Assembly (NCBI GenBank): GCA_965153455.1
Contig: OZ234494.1
Location: 1,364,001 to 1,428,000, forward strand
From: Sphagnum compactum
Lineage: Eukaryota
Length of the DNA stretch: 64,000 nucleotides
Direction of reading: 5' to 3'
The notes below the pieces were generated by a model. That model saw only the letters and a list, made by a program, of their open reading frames with translations. It was not told the origin of the DNA and searched no databases. Below, one piece after another: positions 27,045 to 39,584 of this stretch. Position numbers and translations under genes: made by a program. Position 1 is the stretch's first letter, and the number at the start of each line of letters is the position of its first letter.

Positions 27045-27655
27045 AGAGAATTTTTGTTCAATTGTCCTCATAAATCAGTTTTTCACACGAGTTTTGAATC
27101 CCATTTCTTCAGATTCAGCAGCAATGATCCTAGTTCTGTCAAAGTTCTCATCTCCGATAGCAATAGATTGTGTGCTTTTGAAAAAATGTTTTGGTGCTTT
27201 GTTGATCATGAGTCCCAACTCTTTCCACTTTGATCTTTGATCATCTATGTGCTTATCTGCTCTTGTATACATGTCCCTTCCACAATTGCAAATCCAGTGA
27301 GTTGCAATCCTTGGCTTACAGCCTTCAATTGAATTGAAAGCTTCTTCTATATTCTGGTTTTTATCTTGTGAGATCAATCAATCAAAATGACAGAATTTGT
27401 TCTTCCCTTGTGAGATACTCTGTGGAATCAAACTGAACTTCCAATGCACAAGTAGCTTAATGATACTGATGATGATGCTTTTTTTTGTGGTTGTTTGTTT
27501 TTTCTGAGATGCCATCCGTCTGCATGAACAGGGGACATCTTTGTTTTCATTGATAGAATTAGGTGCTGTCATTGGTTGGTTGTCAAGCACACCAGTTTTT
27601 TTAAACTCTTTTGTTCTTTCTTTCTCATTGTCTGTTGTTTATCAAGCTGTTGCAG

Positions 27656-29830
27656 AATGATGTAAAGACAGTGGTGCTGAGCGTGATGATGCACTGCGAG
27701 GGCTGTGCAAGTACAGTGAAAAGAGCAGTGAAAAGAATCCCAGGTTTTTCACCTTCACAACCCCCTTGCAATTCTTTCGTGTGACATCCATCCATGGAAA
27801 CTTTAATCTTCAGATAAGAACTCTGGCCAGCACAAGGCTTTCTTGAAGAGAGACCTCACATGCACTTCGTGCTGCTTTTGATCTGGGGGTGGTCAAGGAC
27901 TATGGGAATCTTATGTGGAAGCTTGTCCTTGAAGCTATCATTCCTCTTTCTTTTGTCCTTGGATTGTTGGCCTTGGCCAGGCTGAATTCTCCTCGCATTT
28001 TCGGTATTCAATTGCAGTACCAGATTTTGTGTGGATTAGTATGTGCATATCTACACCCGCTGACTCGATCAGCTCCCAGCTGATCAAGTCGTTGTGTAGT
28101 CATGGCAGCTTGTTGCTGCTGTTTGTGGTGAAGGTGATAGTCTGATGCTTTGTGAGCAACTCTCATAAGGTTATGACTGTGCTTGTTGTCATGTTACCGT
28201 CGAATTGTTGTTCTGGAGATTTTCTCTGTGATTTCAAAGATGAAGTTCCAGTTTCATTTCAAAACTGGAAGATAATCAATTGGAGTCATGAATGTACATG
28301 TGTATAAAGCATAACAGTTTGCCTGAAGTTGTGGCTGGATTATTAATTATATGCTTATCTACACCCACCATTCAGAGCTGATGATGTCACTGGATTAGTC
28401 ATGGCAACAGCTCATCACTGCTCTCCATGATGAAGGTGATAGGGCTGTCGCTTTGTGAGCAACTCCCATAGGGTTATGACTGCACTCATTGTCATATTAC
28501 CTTCAGACTGTTGTTAAGGAGAATTCTCTGCAATATCGTAGATTTGTGGTACAAAGTTTGAAGCATTGAGCCCCTTGTCTGGTACTCAGCTTCATGGCTG
28601 CTTTGAATGTGGTATGCAATCAGTCACCTATCATCAAGGTAGTGAAGTCAAGTACTAAAGGGGGTGACCAGGTCACTGATCATCAAACTTTTGGAAATGG
28701 AGGGCCTTTTGAATCTGCAAGGGGAGATAGCCTAGAGATTATGGGGAATTTTGTCTAAGAAATTTGGTTGGACACTGTAGGGGTGACATCATATCAAGTT
28801 GATTTTCCTGGACAGAAAGTGACAGTCACTGGCAAGGTGAAACCGGAAGATGTTCTCCGCCGGGTTGCCAAAACTGGGAAGCACACTGAGTTCTGGCCAG
28901 AGGAGCCAAAGAAGGGAGGAAAAAAGGAGGAGAAAAAAGAGGAGAAGAAAGAAGAGAAGAAAGAAGAGAAGAAGGAGGGTGCTAAAGACACAAAGGAGGT
29001 AGATTTCCATCACTCACCAATAGCAAGTTCAACGATCATAGCCTCACCTACCTACAATTGGTTGCAATGGTCTATCATTGTCTGTCTTCATGGAGAACAA
29101 CCAGATCCTACCACCACTCAAGTAGTTTGCATGTTCTTGAGTCTTGATTGGTTTCAGGTTTCAACTTGATGCATTTTAATTGCAGCTGGATTTGAATATC
29201 TATGTTATAGCAAGATTTTACCTAGCAATCAAACCCAAAGGCATGTAGTTCTGCAACTGTTAGATCTGCAATTGTTGCCATACCCCAGTTCAATCCATTC
29301 CATTCTCCAGCTGTGGGATCTGAATGGGATCTCTCAAGTCATAGTGAGATTGCCTTTCTGTCTGGTACATAGGCCATAGATCACATAGATCAAGGTGAAG
29401 GAGTACAATCTTTCCATGAAATGGGAGGTATCTTGCCGTTGCCCTAACAGAAATACGGGTTGTTGTAACTTGTCAGGAGTCAAAAGGGGAGGCAAAAAAA
29501 GAGGAGAAAAAACAGGAGGGTCCTAAAGGAGGAGGAGGTGGTGGTGGAGGAGGAGGGGGAGGTGGTGGTGGAGGAGGAGGAGGAGGAGGAGGAGGAGGGA
29601 AGAAGAAAAAGGGTGGTGGTGGTGGCGGTGGCAGCGGTGGGGGTGGAGGTGGAGGTGAAGGTGGGGGCAAGAAAGAGGAGGCAAAACCAGAGGAGAAGGA
29701 GGATGATAAAAAGAAGGATGACACGGAGGCAAAGAAGAAACCTGAAAAGAAGGTGGAACAACCTAAGGAGGACCCCTTCCCTGTTACGTTTGTTCTCGGA
29801 CCTGACTACACTCGATACTACTACTACTAG
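27656..29830 (+). CDS. Heavy-metal-associated (HMA) domain protein, HPP/HIPP family, no C-terminal CaaX; exons 27656-27743, 28781-28998, 29477-29830; ATG-bearing first exon unresolved
   Basis: Spliced frame: NDVKTVVLSVMMHCEGCASTVKRAVKRIP|GVTSYQVDFPGQKVTVTGKVKPEDVLRRVAKTGKHTEFWP, then (KKEE)n, poly-Gly, and ...FVLGPDYTRYYYY*. It carries the MHCEGC metal-binding motif. All introns are GT-AG with consistent phases (660 nt in total). Confidence 0.9.
28030..28545 (+). repeat. Two diverged copies of a ~200-bp element in the HMA-gene intron (~28030-28232, ~28335-28545); third copy in CNGC intron 3 (~60213-60418)
   Basis: Shared blocks in the same order: ggatta, tctacaccc, agctgat, agtcatggca, tgaaggtgat, ctttgtgag, cata(a/g)ggttatgac, ttctctg. 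Confidence 0.8.
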
Positions 29831-32615
29831 AGATTTGGGCTGCACCAGGAGTCCACTTTACAACAGCTCTAGTACTAGCTGTAGCTTAGAGAATTGCTGG
29901 CAATGAATGGCCCATGTGATTCACAAATGCTGTCCACACATCCCAGTAATTTTCTACTGCCAAACCAAGCAGATTTCACACCATAGAACAATGATTATAG
30001 TAACCTTGGTAATATGGCAACCCGGATGATGCGACTGATGCATGTTAGATTGCAAGGTTGAGAAATATACGTTGATGATCAGCTCATGCTTTGTTCTGGC
30101 CCCTGTGTCGTTCTCAGATTTTTCTATCATCAACAAATGTTTGCACTCTTGGAGTGGAGCCAGTATGGGATTAGGGCAAGTGATTGTCGAATCTGTGAGT
30201 CTATGAACATGCTCACATCCACCACCTTGCAATTCCAACAGGCCCATTCTTGTACATATACTGACCAACAACTGTGTATTGGTTAGACTACTCCAATTGC
30301 TGGGTGTCAATAAGCATAATTCCTATCAGCTTATCCTCCAGACACTAATGATGAGAGTTATTACTACTCTGGATAATTCCTACACATTTGAGCTTAAGAA
30401 ATCTGAGCATTATAGTTGCTCTGGATAATTTCTACACCTGAGCATACCATGACCATTGATCCATCAACTAAAGAGTCACAATTTTTTTTGGTTTTGTAAG
30501 TTGGCATTGGTCTACTATGATTTCGTAAGATAGGAGGCAACCTAGTACAAGGTTAAATAACAGAAAGTGTTAGGCATAAGACATACCCTTCACTACATTC
30601 TCAGGCCACAACAATTTCGCACACAATTGTGTGATTTGTGCTTCAATTATGCCAGAACAGTCTGTGTGATATTGTTGCCACAAAACTTTCTTGCCACAGA
30701 ATGAGTTCTCTTTGTAGATTCTCTTCTAATATACTTCCATCTCAGACGTAATTCATTGAGTAAGAACAACTACTTTGCTAGCACTCTTGAGAAAATTTGT
30801 GTATTTTGGTGATGTTTTTGACTCATCAGCAAAACGAGCTGCTGCTGATCACTCTGAGGCATTGTGCTATACCTTGATTCCTAAGATATTCATCACATAA
30901 CATATAGCTTCATGATCCAAGCTGGTTTGGCATCTGGATTGAACCATATGATGTGTGCATCGAACTGCCACTAGAATGTTTGGGTCTAAAATAATTCCAA
31001 ACTCCAAAGAATCATGTCAATACCAAAGAATCAAAGTTGCTGCTCCACTTCAAATACCTCTCTTGGTTACAGTACCTTTGAGCACAACTAAGTTCCTAGC
31101 CCATCTGTGCTGTGGAGACCTGTACAGGTCTACCAGATGCAGTCTCAAAGCAGAGATCTGCTGCGTCTTTTCTATTCCCGAACATCCCAACAATTCCACC
31201 TCAACCTCTGCTTCAAATTTGCATTTTATCAATGTGCAATCTTACTAGAAAATTGTGCTCCAAAAAATGTTTCAAACCAGAATCTAATCAATTCCCATCA
31301 GCTCATTCTCCAGACACTAATGATCAAAGGATCACGATCTAGTTTCAAAGGAACTCAACACATATCATGTGCCATACCCACTATGTCTTTGAATCTCAAG
31401 TGTTCAGATTTGAAGTCAGTTGGTGAAACCCGCTGGATCTAAAATTCTAATGGGTAAAACTAAATCAAAGATCCAACAAGCTAACACAATTGGTAACCAC
31501 GGGATAGAATGACAAATGTTAGACATGTCAAGTTTCTTTGATGCAACTTGTGCTTTGAGATTCTTGCTAGCTCACGCAAGTAACTTGTACTGAAAGTATT
31601 CAACAAGTGGCTTGAAATCCTCCACAATGTGAAGACTTGTCACCTGGTGGAACAACAATTTTCACTAAATTTCTTCTAAGATTCCATGGAACAAGGTCAG
31701 CAAAAGAGCCACAAGCAAAGTGAACTAGCACCAAAGTGCACCACATAGGATTGATGGTAGTTAACCACATACCAACCATCCACATGTAAGTATCCACCTA
31801 AGAGACACCATGTGCCTTGTCTATTTACCTACCCACATAGTAACCTATTGCAATTTCCTACCTACTTGCCCATGATAAAGAAAAAAGTTTGCAAGACAAT
31901 TGACATCCAACTTTTGTTTGTGTCATGGCTTGATTAACCATGTTATATAACATGTCACCATCAAATATCACATCCTATATCATGCATGCATATCATGTCA
32001 TGATATTCCATGCACACATGCACATTATCCATGGCATGTATTTGTAACCAACATCACATCACAAACTACACCACACTTATTTCTTTTACCCTACCCCTAC
32101 TACCATATTACCCAAAAAAGTCACCTTATAAGTGGATTCACACCAAAAATTAGTGGGGATATTTTTATTCCAATTAACCTTCTCTTGAGTTGGGGGTTAA
32201 AATCAATGTTGTTAACTTTATATGGGATTTTGGAAGGTTCAAGTCTAGGTTATAGGGTAGGTTATAAGGTTTTGGATTAAACAAGGAGCTTGGAGGTCAT
32301 AGTCAAGACCCAGAAATGTCTTTTTTGTTGCTTCAATGTTGGGGTTGAAGAGTTGCCAGAAAAATAGGGGAGTTCACCGCAAGTCCATCCTGGTAACTAG
32401 GTCTGCTGATTATAATACATCAACAATGATTAAACAGTGTTTTTATTTCCTCAAGTCAAAAACACACAAGAATGAGTACAGTCATAAACCTAGACCATGG
32501 AAGATGCACAACTTTGCTTCAGTTTCTCTCGTGTGAAGGGGAGATTATTACTTCCTCTTTGATATCTTTGAAAGATGAGAGAAGGGCCAACTGAAGAGTT
32601 GTGCTCAAGTAATTG

Positions 32616-34097
32616 CTATGCAGGCAAAAGCCTTGCATCAACCTCACCAACATCATGATGTGGATATGATGCAGAATTGATGTTATCATCATCATCATCA
32701 TCATCAGGCACTTTAGGCTTGTCTGCATCCAAAAACTCCATCCATTTCTTTGCCTTTGCATACTCCAGTGCTGGATATGCAAGGAAACCAAGAACCGAGA
32801 CTGTGATACTGAAGATGACTGTTTTCCAGGATGCTAAACACATGACCACAATCAGCAAGGCTGTTGCTGGCAGCAGCATGAGGATCATACCTAGTGTGCC
32901 AACCGGAATCTGGAAAGGGCGTACCAGTCCAGGGTTTTTCATCCGCAACCAAACAAAGGCTGCAAACTCAAGAAGCATGCCAAAGCAGTAGAGAAAATTG
33001 AGGAACTCCACAATCTCTTGGAAGCTCATCCAGGACAACAGAAGTACTCCTGATGCTGAACATATGATTCCCAGCACGGGTGTCCCATACTTGGAGCGGA
33101 CAGCAAATACCTTTGGGAGCATTCCTGTCTCAGCCATGCCCAGGAGCTGAAATGAATCACTACTCATCTCAGCTTCAAATAACCCCATGTTAGAAAGTGC
33201 AGCTGCTGCTTCAATCCACCACTTGAGTCCTATACCTCCAATGGCCATCCCAATGTCTGCAAAGTAACCATCTTCCCATTTATCCCTATCAAGCTCCAAT
33301 GCTCCTGTGCCTGCTGCCAATGGCACAACATATGCTACTATCACCAACACTACAGCCCACAGTAACGCCTTTGGAAAGGTTTTACTAGGGTTGTCCACTT
33401 CCCCTGCCAGAGTGCTCACTGAATCCCAGTAATTGAGATTCCAAAAGAGTGTATTCAGGTACATTCTCCAGTTTGTCTTGCTCACATCCATCACCAGCCA
33501 TCTCTGGACCCTTATCTTAGGAACCGCAAGAATCGCTAACACACAAAAGGGCAGGAGTGAAAAGATTGTGAGTACTACTGCTGTGATTCCAACAATGGTG
33601 AGCCCTCTATAGTTGAGATATGTAAGGGAGAAGGTAATGACCAGGAGAGCTATGAGCCGGAACACTCCATCTCCAAAAACTGGAAGTGCACGCTTGAGAT
33701 AATCCAAAAAGAGCACTGGATACAAGGCATTGTCTGTTACTCCACTGATCCATTTCCACCACCCTTCTTGAAAACCCCATAAAGGCCCAAATGCTGCTGA
33801 TATCCACAACACATATCCACCATTGTCAGGAAACGCTGTTGCCAGCTCTGCTGTTACCAGTGCCTCTGGAATGCTCCAAATGAAAGGAAAGATGAGGAAC
33901 CCAAGAAGGGCTAACAATGGTCCTCCTGCTTTTACCGAATCCTCCACACCAAATGGTCCACCTGATACCTCATAGAAGATAAGGGCTATCAAAGGAAGAA
34001 TCTGTAACTTGGCTCGATGTTTCCTTGGTGACCGTCCATGCAAAAGCTTGTCCACTTCTCTCTTGATTTCACCTTGGGTAGGGGAGCTATCCCCCAT
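32616..34097 (-). CDS. Polyamine uptake transporter PUT/RMV1 (LAT subfamily, APC superfamily), 493 aa, intronless CDS with intron(s) in the 5' UTR
   Basis: Motifs [39 protein letters not shown] and [17 protein letters not shown], with about 12 hydrophobic segments. First ATG is at 34097, preceded by an in-frame TGA. Acceptor at 34143-34144; candidate donors at 35366, 35433 and 35723. Confidence 0.95.
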   Translation of the reverse strand: MGDSSPTQGEIKREVDKLLHGRSPRKHRAKLQILPLIALIFYEVSGGPFGVEDSVKAGGPLLALLGFLIFPFIWSIPEALVTAELATAFPDNGGYVLWISAAFGPLWGFQEGWWKWISGVTDNALYPVLFLDYLKRALPVFGDGVFRLIALLVITFSLTYLNYRGLTIVGITAVVLTIFSLLPFCVLAILAVPKIRVQRWLVMDVSKTNWRMYLNTLFWNLNYWDSVSTLAGEVDNPSKTFPKALLWAVVLVIVAYVVPLAAGTGALELDRDKWEDGYFADIGMAIGGIGLKWWIEAAAALSNMGLFEAEMSSDSFQLLGMAETGMLPKVFAVRSKYGTPVLGIICSASGVLLLSWMSFQEIVEFLNFLYCFGMLLEFAAFVWLRMKNPGLVRPFQIPVGTLGMILMLLPATALLIVVMCLASWKTVIFSITVSVLGFLAYPALEYAKAKKWMEFLDADKPKVPDDDDDDDNINSASYPHHDVGEVDARLLPA

Positions 34098-35882
34098 TGG
34101 AACTTCCACTCCTCAATGGCTCTGAGTGTCAGGAATTGCACTCTGTAGATCCCACAACACAAAAAAACAAAGTTGACGATCAAGAACTGTCTCAAGAAAC
34201 CAGGTGAGATTTACACAATTGCCAGCTGATATGTTACATTACACAGTAAAGAGTCAGTTGAATTAGGGACCATGTATTCGAAGATCAGAATCCTTTTGTA
34301 AGAGAAATTCAGCTACAAGTGTTCAGAATTGAAAGAAAATGGGACAAAAACAAGATGTCCAGCCAAAAACTTTTGACAGTTCCTGATTGAAAAAGAAAGC
34401 CCAATCTAGGGTTTCAATTTGTGTGCTCTCAAAAACAACCACAAAAGAATAAGACTCCATCAACTCTTGGTTCTCGTACAATCAGTTCAACTATTTGAAA
34501 TCATGTGTTTTGCATGATGAAACTGCAGAGCAAGCTCATGCAAACCTTCGAATGAAACATTGACTCTCTCCAATGTCTGGCATGCTTGTAAAGTACAAGT
34601 TGAAACCCTCACACAACAAATACCATTCATACCCGGTCTTGTCTGTTCTATAAAAATGAAGCTTTGTTAAGCAGGAAAATGGATACCATACACATATGGC
34701 AAGACCGAAATTTCAGCTGCTGCAGAACAAAACACACAAGGACACTCCAGAATCTGCAAGCAAACCACAAAAACTCTTCACCGATACCTTGGAATGTGGC
34801 AAGACAATACAAGGACTATTCCTCTGCAGCAGACAAGGGCAATTAAATATGGTGGTTGACAACCAGAACATGCAAAACATATCTTTGAAGACACTCAATT
34901 CCCCGAAGACACACAATTCCTAAATCAGCACTACTATCCCTCAAAACATCAGCATACCCCTTTGCCACACCATTTTCTTGGACAAAGGTTTGGTGGGGAA
35001 CTTCAACCCTGGAAATTTTGTCATGGCAGAGCCATATAAACTGAAACATATCACTTCTATGATGGACAGACATCAGAGAGGTTACAACATATCAGATTGA
35101 GATTCTACGGGAGAGAGGAGCCACACAACAAGACCAACTCCAAAGACAAATCATCTGCACAGAACACCCGCAACCTTAGAATGGCCAAATGGAGAAGAGG
35201 GTTCTCTAAATTTTTTTCAGTAAGGATTCTCATTGCAGCCATAGTTCACAATCTCCTTGGACAGGTATCCTGGAGTCAAGAAAGCCCCAATAGGAAAAGA
35301 ACATGAAATTACATGGAGAAAAAGAAATATAGACCAAAAGAGTTCAGGAAGCCAGTAAGCACTCACAGCTGAAGTTCAGCACCGTAAATGCAAAAGCACC
35401 AACGATTGAACCCCGGCATTAGAAAGAACTCACAGGTGCTGCTACACACCAAAGAATGCGACGACACCAAACATCGCATTCTTGTTCAAGTATTCAAAAT
35501 ACAGAAACCGCAAGTGCACAAGATAGCACCGATTTCTTAAGACACGGCCTACCACGACAGTAGTGCGTTCTAACATCACCACCAACACCACCACCGACGA
35601 CGACGACACTTTAACTACTTATCTGCAAAAGCTTGGAAATGCAATTCTACAATTGCGAAAGTGCTCTGGATCCACCAACTACCACTTCTCTCTGGGCTAA
35701 TCTCAAACCAGCAGATGGCTTACCGAGCCTCCCACATTCACCTCCGTTTTGACCGACAAACCACCCATTCTTCCACGATCAGTTAAGTCCTCCCTTCACT
35801 GGCTCCAGATCACATTTGGTTCAGAGCTTAATCAGAAAAAAGCAAGACCAAACGAAGGTCTGGAGCCCTCGGAAGTCCTTCA

Positions 35883-35924
<42 letters not shown>

Positions 35925-37295
35925 CAGATTAGGGTTAGGTTTTGGAGCCTTCGAAAGTCCCTCGGTCGTTGACAGACAGACAGGGATTGCATGCACAGAC
36001 AGGGATTGCATGGATAGACAGAGGGAGAGAGAAGAGATGATCGGATTAGGGTTAGGATTTTGAAGCTTTTGAGTTGAAGGTATGATAGGGAGTAGATTTT
36101 TAGGGTTTGGAGCCCAATGTGCTTTGCAAGAAAGTCACAAATAAACTTCGCCAGTGCTCTCCGTTGTCTTTTTTTTGTCTCCTTACTAATCATTCAACTA
36201 CCCACCCCCCCCAATCCCTTTGTCTTTTTGGTCGGTTTTCCTTAAACGTCACTCGATGGGTAAAGGTGTTTCTTGTGTCCCATGCAAAAGACATGCAGCA
36301 ATAACATGGAGCTTTTTAACACACTCTTCTCTGATTTTACTGAAGGGTCCACAAACCAAGGTTTCAACCTTGCAACCTCCTCCTCATACTTACAGATAGG
36401 GTTCTTGCACATTACTTGTGCTGATTGTTTTGGTAATGTTCTGAACATGTTACAAGGGATGTAATTGGAGTATCTAATATAAATTAAAATTCATTTTTAC
36501 AGTCACCTTACATGCAGGCCTTGGTTTGACAGTAAAATTCCTCTTTCATCACAAATTGAAGTGAAACCAGACAGCAAACAAAACTGTCTATATGTAATGA
36601 AACTGGGTATCACTCACAGGATTTGATTCTCCAAAGAAGAGTATAAGCAGCGAGAAGGCTGGATTTGAAAGATTTGAATCTATGAGTATAAGCAGCTGCA
36701 ATGAAGGATATGGTCAGGATCTCAGTATAGAATCAGTTTGGAACTTGGCATTTGGAGGAGGAGAAAAGACGATGAAGAGAAAATCAGTTTGGTTGCCATG
36801 AAGAACACATATCACTTGGGGAGACTGTCCAACAAGTACCTCTTGTAGGTAGTTGCTCAGGGAGGACACAGTCGAGCATTTGAGAGATTGGTGGTTGAAA
36901 CCCATCCCACAGTTTGCAGGAGCTTCACAGAGAAATGAAGAAATACAAAGCACCAAGGGCATAAAACTTAGCTCACCAAAGCAGTAGTCACCACACAAGA
37001 CTTAAAAGCACCACACAAATCAACGAAAAAACTGGAGTAATGCATCTGTTGGTCAATATTAGCATCTTCATAACTGAGGTAGCCTGTACAACACAGAGTC
37101 AAGATTCAAGCAACCAAAGAAGCTGTGCTAAGACTCTTTGTGACTGGAAGATTTAGAAAATTCAAAACATACAAGGACTAATTATACACCTGTTTATTAA
37201 ACTCATGAACAAGAGTTCACAAAATTATGAAGAATCAAAGGTTGCCTTGCATACAAAACAGCTATCCTCAACCTAATGTATGGACAAAGAGGAAT

Positions 37296-39022
37296 TTAGA
37301 CACTGAAGGCAGATTGCAGAGTGTTAGCCATGTGTGATGCCACAGTTTGTGACGCAAATTGCTGAATTTGTTTCTTTGCATCTGCTCCAAACCAAATAAC
37401 CAAAATGTCAGAAAGTAGTTTGAATGCTGTCATGTAAAACTTAGTGCAAAATTTCAGACAACAAAAGCATCACACTCAAGAGCCAAGTATCTCTTGCCCT
37501 GTAGTCAACAGACCTAAACCCAAAGGATCGGTAAACCTATATGGCAAGACACCTTGTGTTGAAGTATGGGAGATCAAGAGTATGACTCATGCAGAAGCAG
37601 AATGTTTGAAATACCTTTCCGGCATTTAGTGAAGCCAATGATGTTGGCTATGCTGAGAACAAGAGCAACTCCAACCACCAAAAGGTAGTCCAAATTAAAC
37701 TTGATAACAGCCACAATGCCCAGTGCTACCCATGCCACAGGCTGCCACACATTTTCTTATTAGCCTAACCAGCAAATCTGATACACTGGTCATCCCCAAG
37801 GAAACAGTTTGAAACTTACAGGAGACAAGCAGGCTTGCAACAGCACACAATTATACCTCAATGAAAAAAGCAGAAGCATATCCAACCTCAATCAAACAAA
37901 AGGTTCTTGATCAAAGCTGGAGCTTACAGTGAGGTACAGTGACCACCAGAAAAGCCATGCATCCTTTTTGTTCAAGGTCTCCAAAGTCTGCAATAAACCC
38001 CAACCAAATGTAATCACTTAGTAGTTGAAACCTCTGATAATAAAGTTTGCACTACCTTTACAAACTCAGTTTAAGACACAGCCAAGACACTTTACGTAAA
38101 TAGTAGCAACTTCTAGTTTTGTATTAATCTTTCATTCAGTAGTGGCTAGAACAACAGAAGCAATGTCCTGCTGTATACAACTGTTGAGCAATTTCTTGGC
38201 ATCTTGAGTCTTGACAAGCTTCCTAGTAGGGACTAAACAACCTCCTTTTTCCATGAGACCCAGCTCCTGATGCATACAACTGATATCAAACACATCAACC
38301 CAGCTTCTTGTCCAAATGCCCTCTCATATTACATGGGTCAGTTTTCACCATAGTTTTGAGGAGTGTTCAAGGAAAGCATGAAAGTAAAAAAAGCTATATC
38401 ACCTGCTGATCAAGAGACTCATAGTGCCACACACTCTCGCCTTGGTCATTCACTTCATTCCACCATCGCAGTCCAACCAGTATCCGGCCACTCACATTCT
38501 TCACTGTCCAAAAGTCAAGTGCTACAAGGAGCACTGTAACAACAAACTGGATGACAAAGCTCTGGACGAATATCGAGAACAGAACGTAGAATGCTAGGGC
38601 AGAAAACTGCAGACATAAATCCAGCTACCACATCATCAGTAGCCAAATAGGAGCAAAATTCTTGCCACATTACAGACTGGATGGCTCCCAAATCAAGTCA
38701 TTGCTCCCAGACTAACCACACCAAAGACATCACTGCCACTTTGTGCAGTCAGATACGAATGGGCAGACATCTATAATAGGGCATCTGATTCCACAAAACT
38801 CACCTTGAAAAGGACAGTGAAAAAACAAACAGCCGGATGGCCATACTGCTCTCCCTCTGCCTGCCAGGAAATCACCATATAGTTCAGAGCGTCAGAGAAG
38901 AGGTCCAACAAGGAGGCCGGTAGTAAAAAGAGAGGAAGAAAACAAGGAATTGATGATAAAAGACACAGAGACAAGGAACGAAGACAAAGTGAGAGTGCTC
39001 ACCTCTGCCTGTCTACCGACAT
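37296..39022 (-). CDS. ECH: ECHIDNA / TVP23 (DUF846) trans-Golgi membrane protein; exons 38860-38804, 38606-38403, 37987-37928, 37741-37615, 37381-37296 plus a short first exon near 39022
   Basis: Spliced frame: AEGEQYGHPAVCFFTVLFK|FSALAFY...LDFWTVKNVSGRILVGLRWWNEVNDQGESVWHYESLDQQ|TLETLNKKDAWLFWWSLYLT|PVAWVALG...ANIIGFTKCRK|DAKKQIQQFASQTVASHMANTLQSAFSV*. All introns are GT-AG with consistent phases. The junction of the first exon is uncertain. Confidence 0.93.
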
Positions 39023-39207
39023 ACAACTCTCCTTCACCGTTCTAGGACTGCTAGCAATGGCAAAGAGATTACACATTCCAAAAAGATAGGGCTCCCAGAA
39101 CCTGATGGACACGAAGCTCAGAGGAAGCAGAGAGGGCGAAAAAAAACAACGGCTACAAACCCTCTCCGGGCACCGCTTTGCAATCGGAGTGCAGACTACT
39201 GGACTGA

Positions 39208-39273
39208 CTACACTTCCGGATCTACATCTCTATATATCTGTTACCAATTTCTTGTAAGTCTACACTTCCGGAT
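39208..39273 (-). promoter_or_regulatory. Putative ECH core promoter: TATATA flanked by two copies of ctacacttccggat
   Basis: TATATA at ~39231-39236, about 210 bp upstream of the ATG. A 14-bp repeat occurs at ~39208 and ~39260. Confidence 0.35.
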
Positions 39274-39584
39274 TCAAAACCTCAGGATCTACAAACATAG
39301 TGTCCGCCGGCCGAAAAGAGATTTACCATTTGGTAGCAGTGCTGACGACACTCAATGCGAGGTGAAGAATACAGATCCAAGCTCCTTCCGTGTCAAGGAC
39401 GCATAGTAGAGAACTGATCCCGTGCTCACCCCAACTGCTGGTAAAGCTCGAATCAATCGACCCTCCTTCACGCGCTTCACTCCGGACTTAGCTAGCTCCT
39501 CGCACGTCGTCTTCCTCGATTCTGCGTCAAACGAACAGACACAACACTGTTCTGTTTTAGGGCTTGTGTGCCGTTGTCGCTCTC

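Noticed and set aside
29473-29906. Poly-Pro, poly-Glu and poly-His ORFs
   Set aside because: Alternative frames and antisense of the Gly-rich HMA exon.
34098-34109. ORF-track start (GTG) for the transporter
   Set aside because: Eukaryotic gene; the first ATG is at 34097.
38995-39016. miR156-like sequence on the - strand (gacaggcagaggtgagcac)
   Set aside because: Several central mismatches, no long precursor hairpin, and it coincides with the ECH exon/donor.
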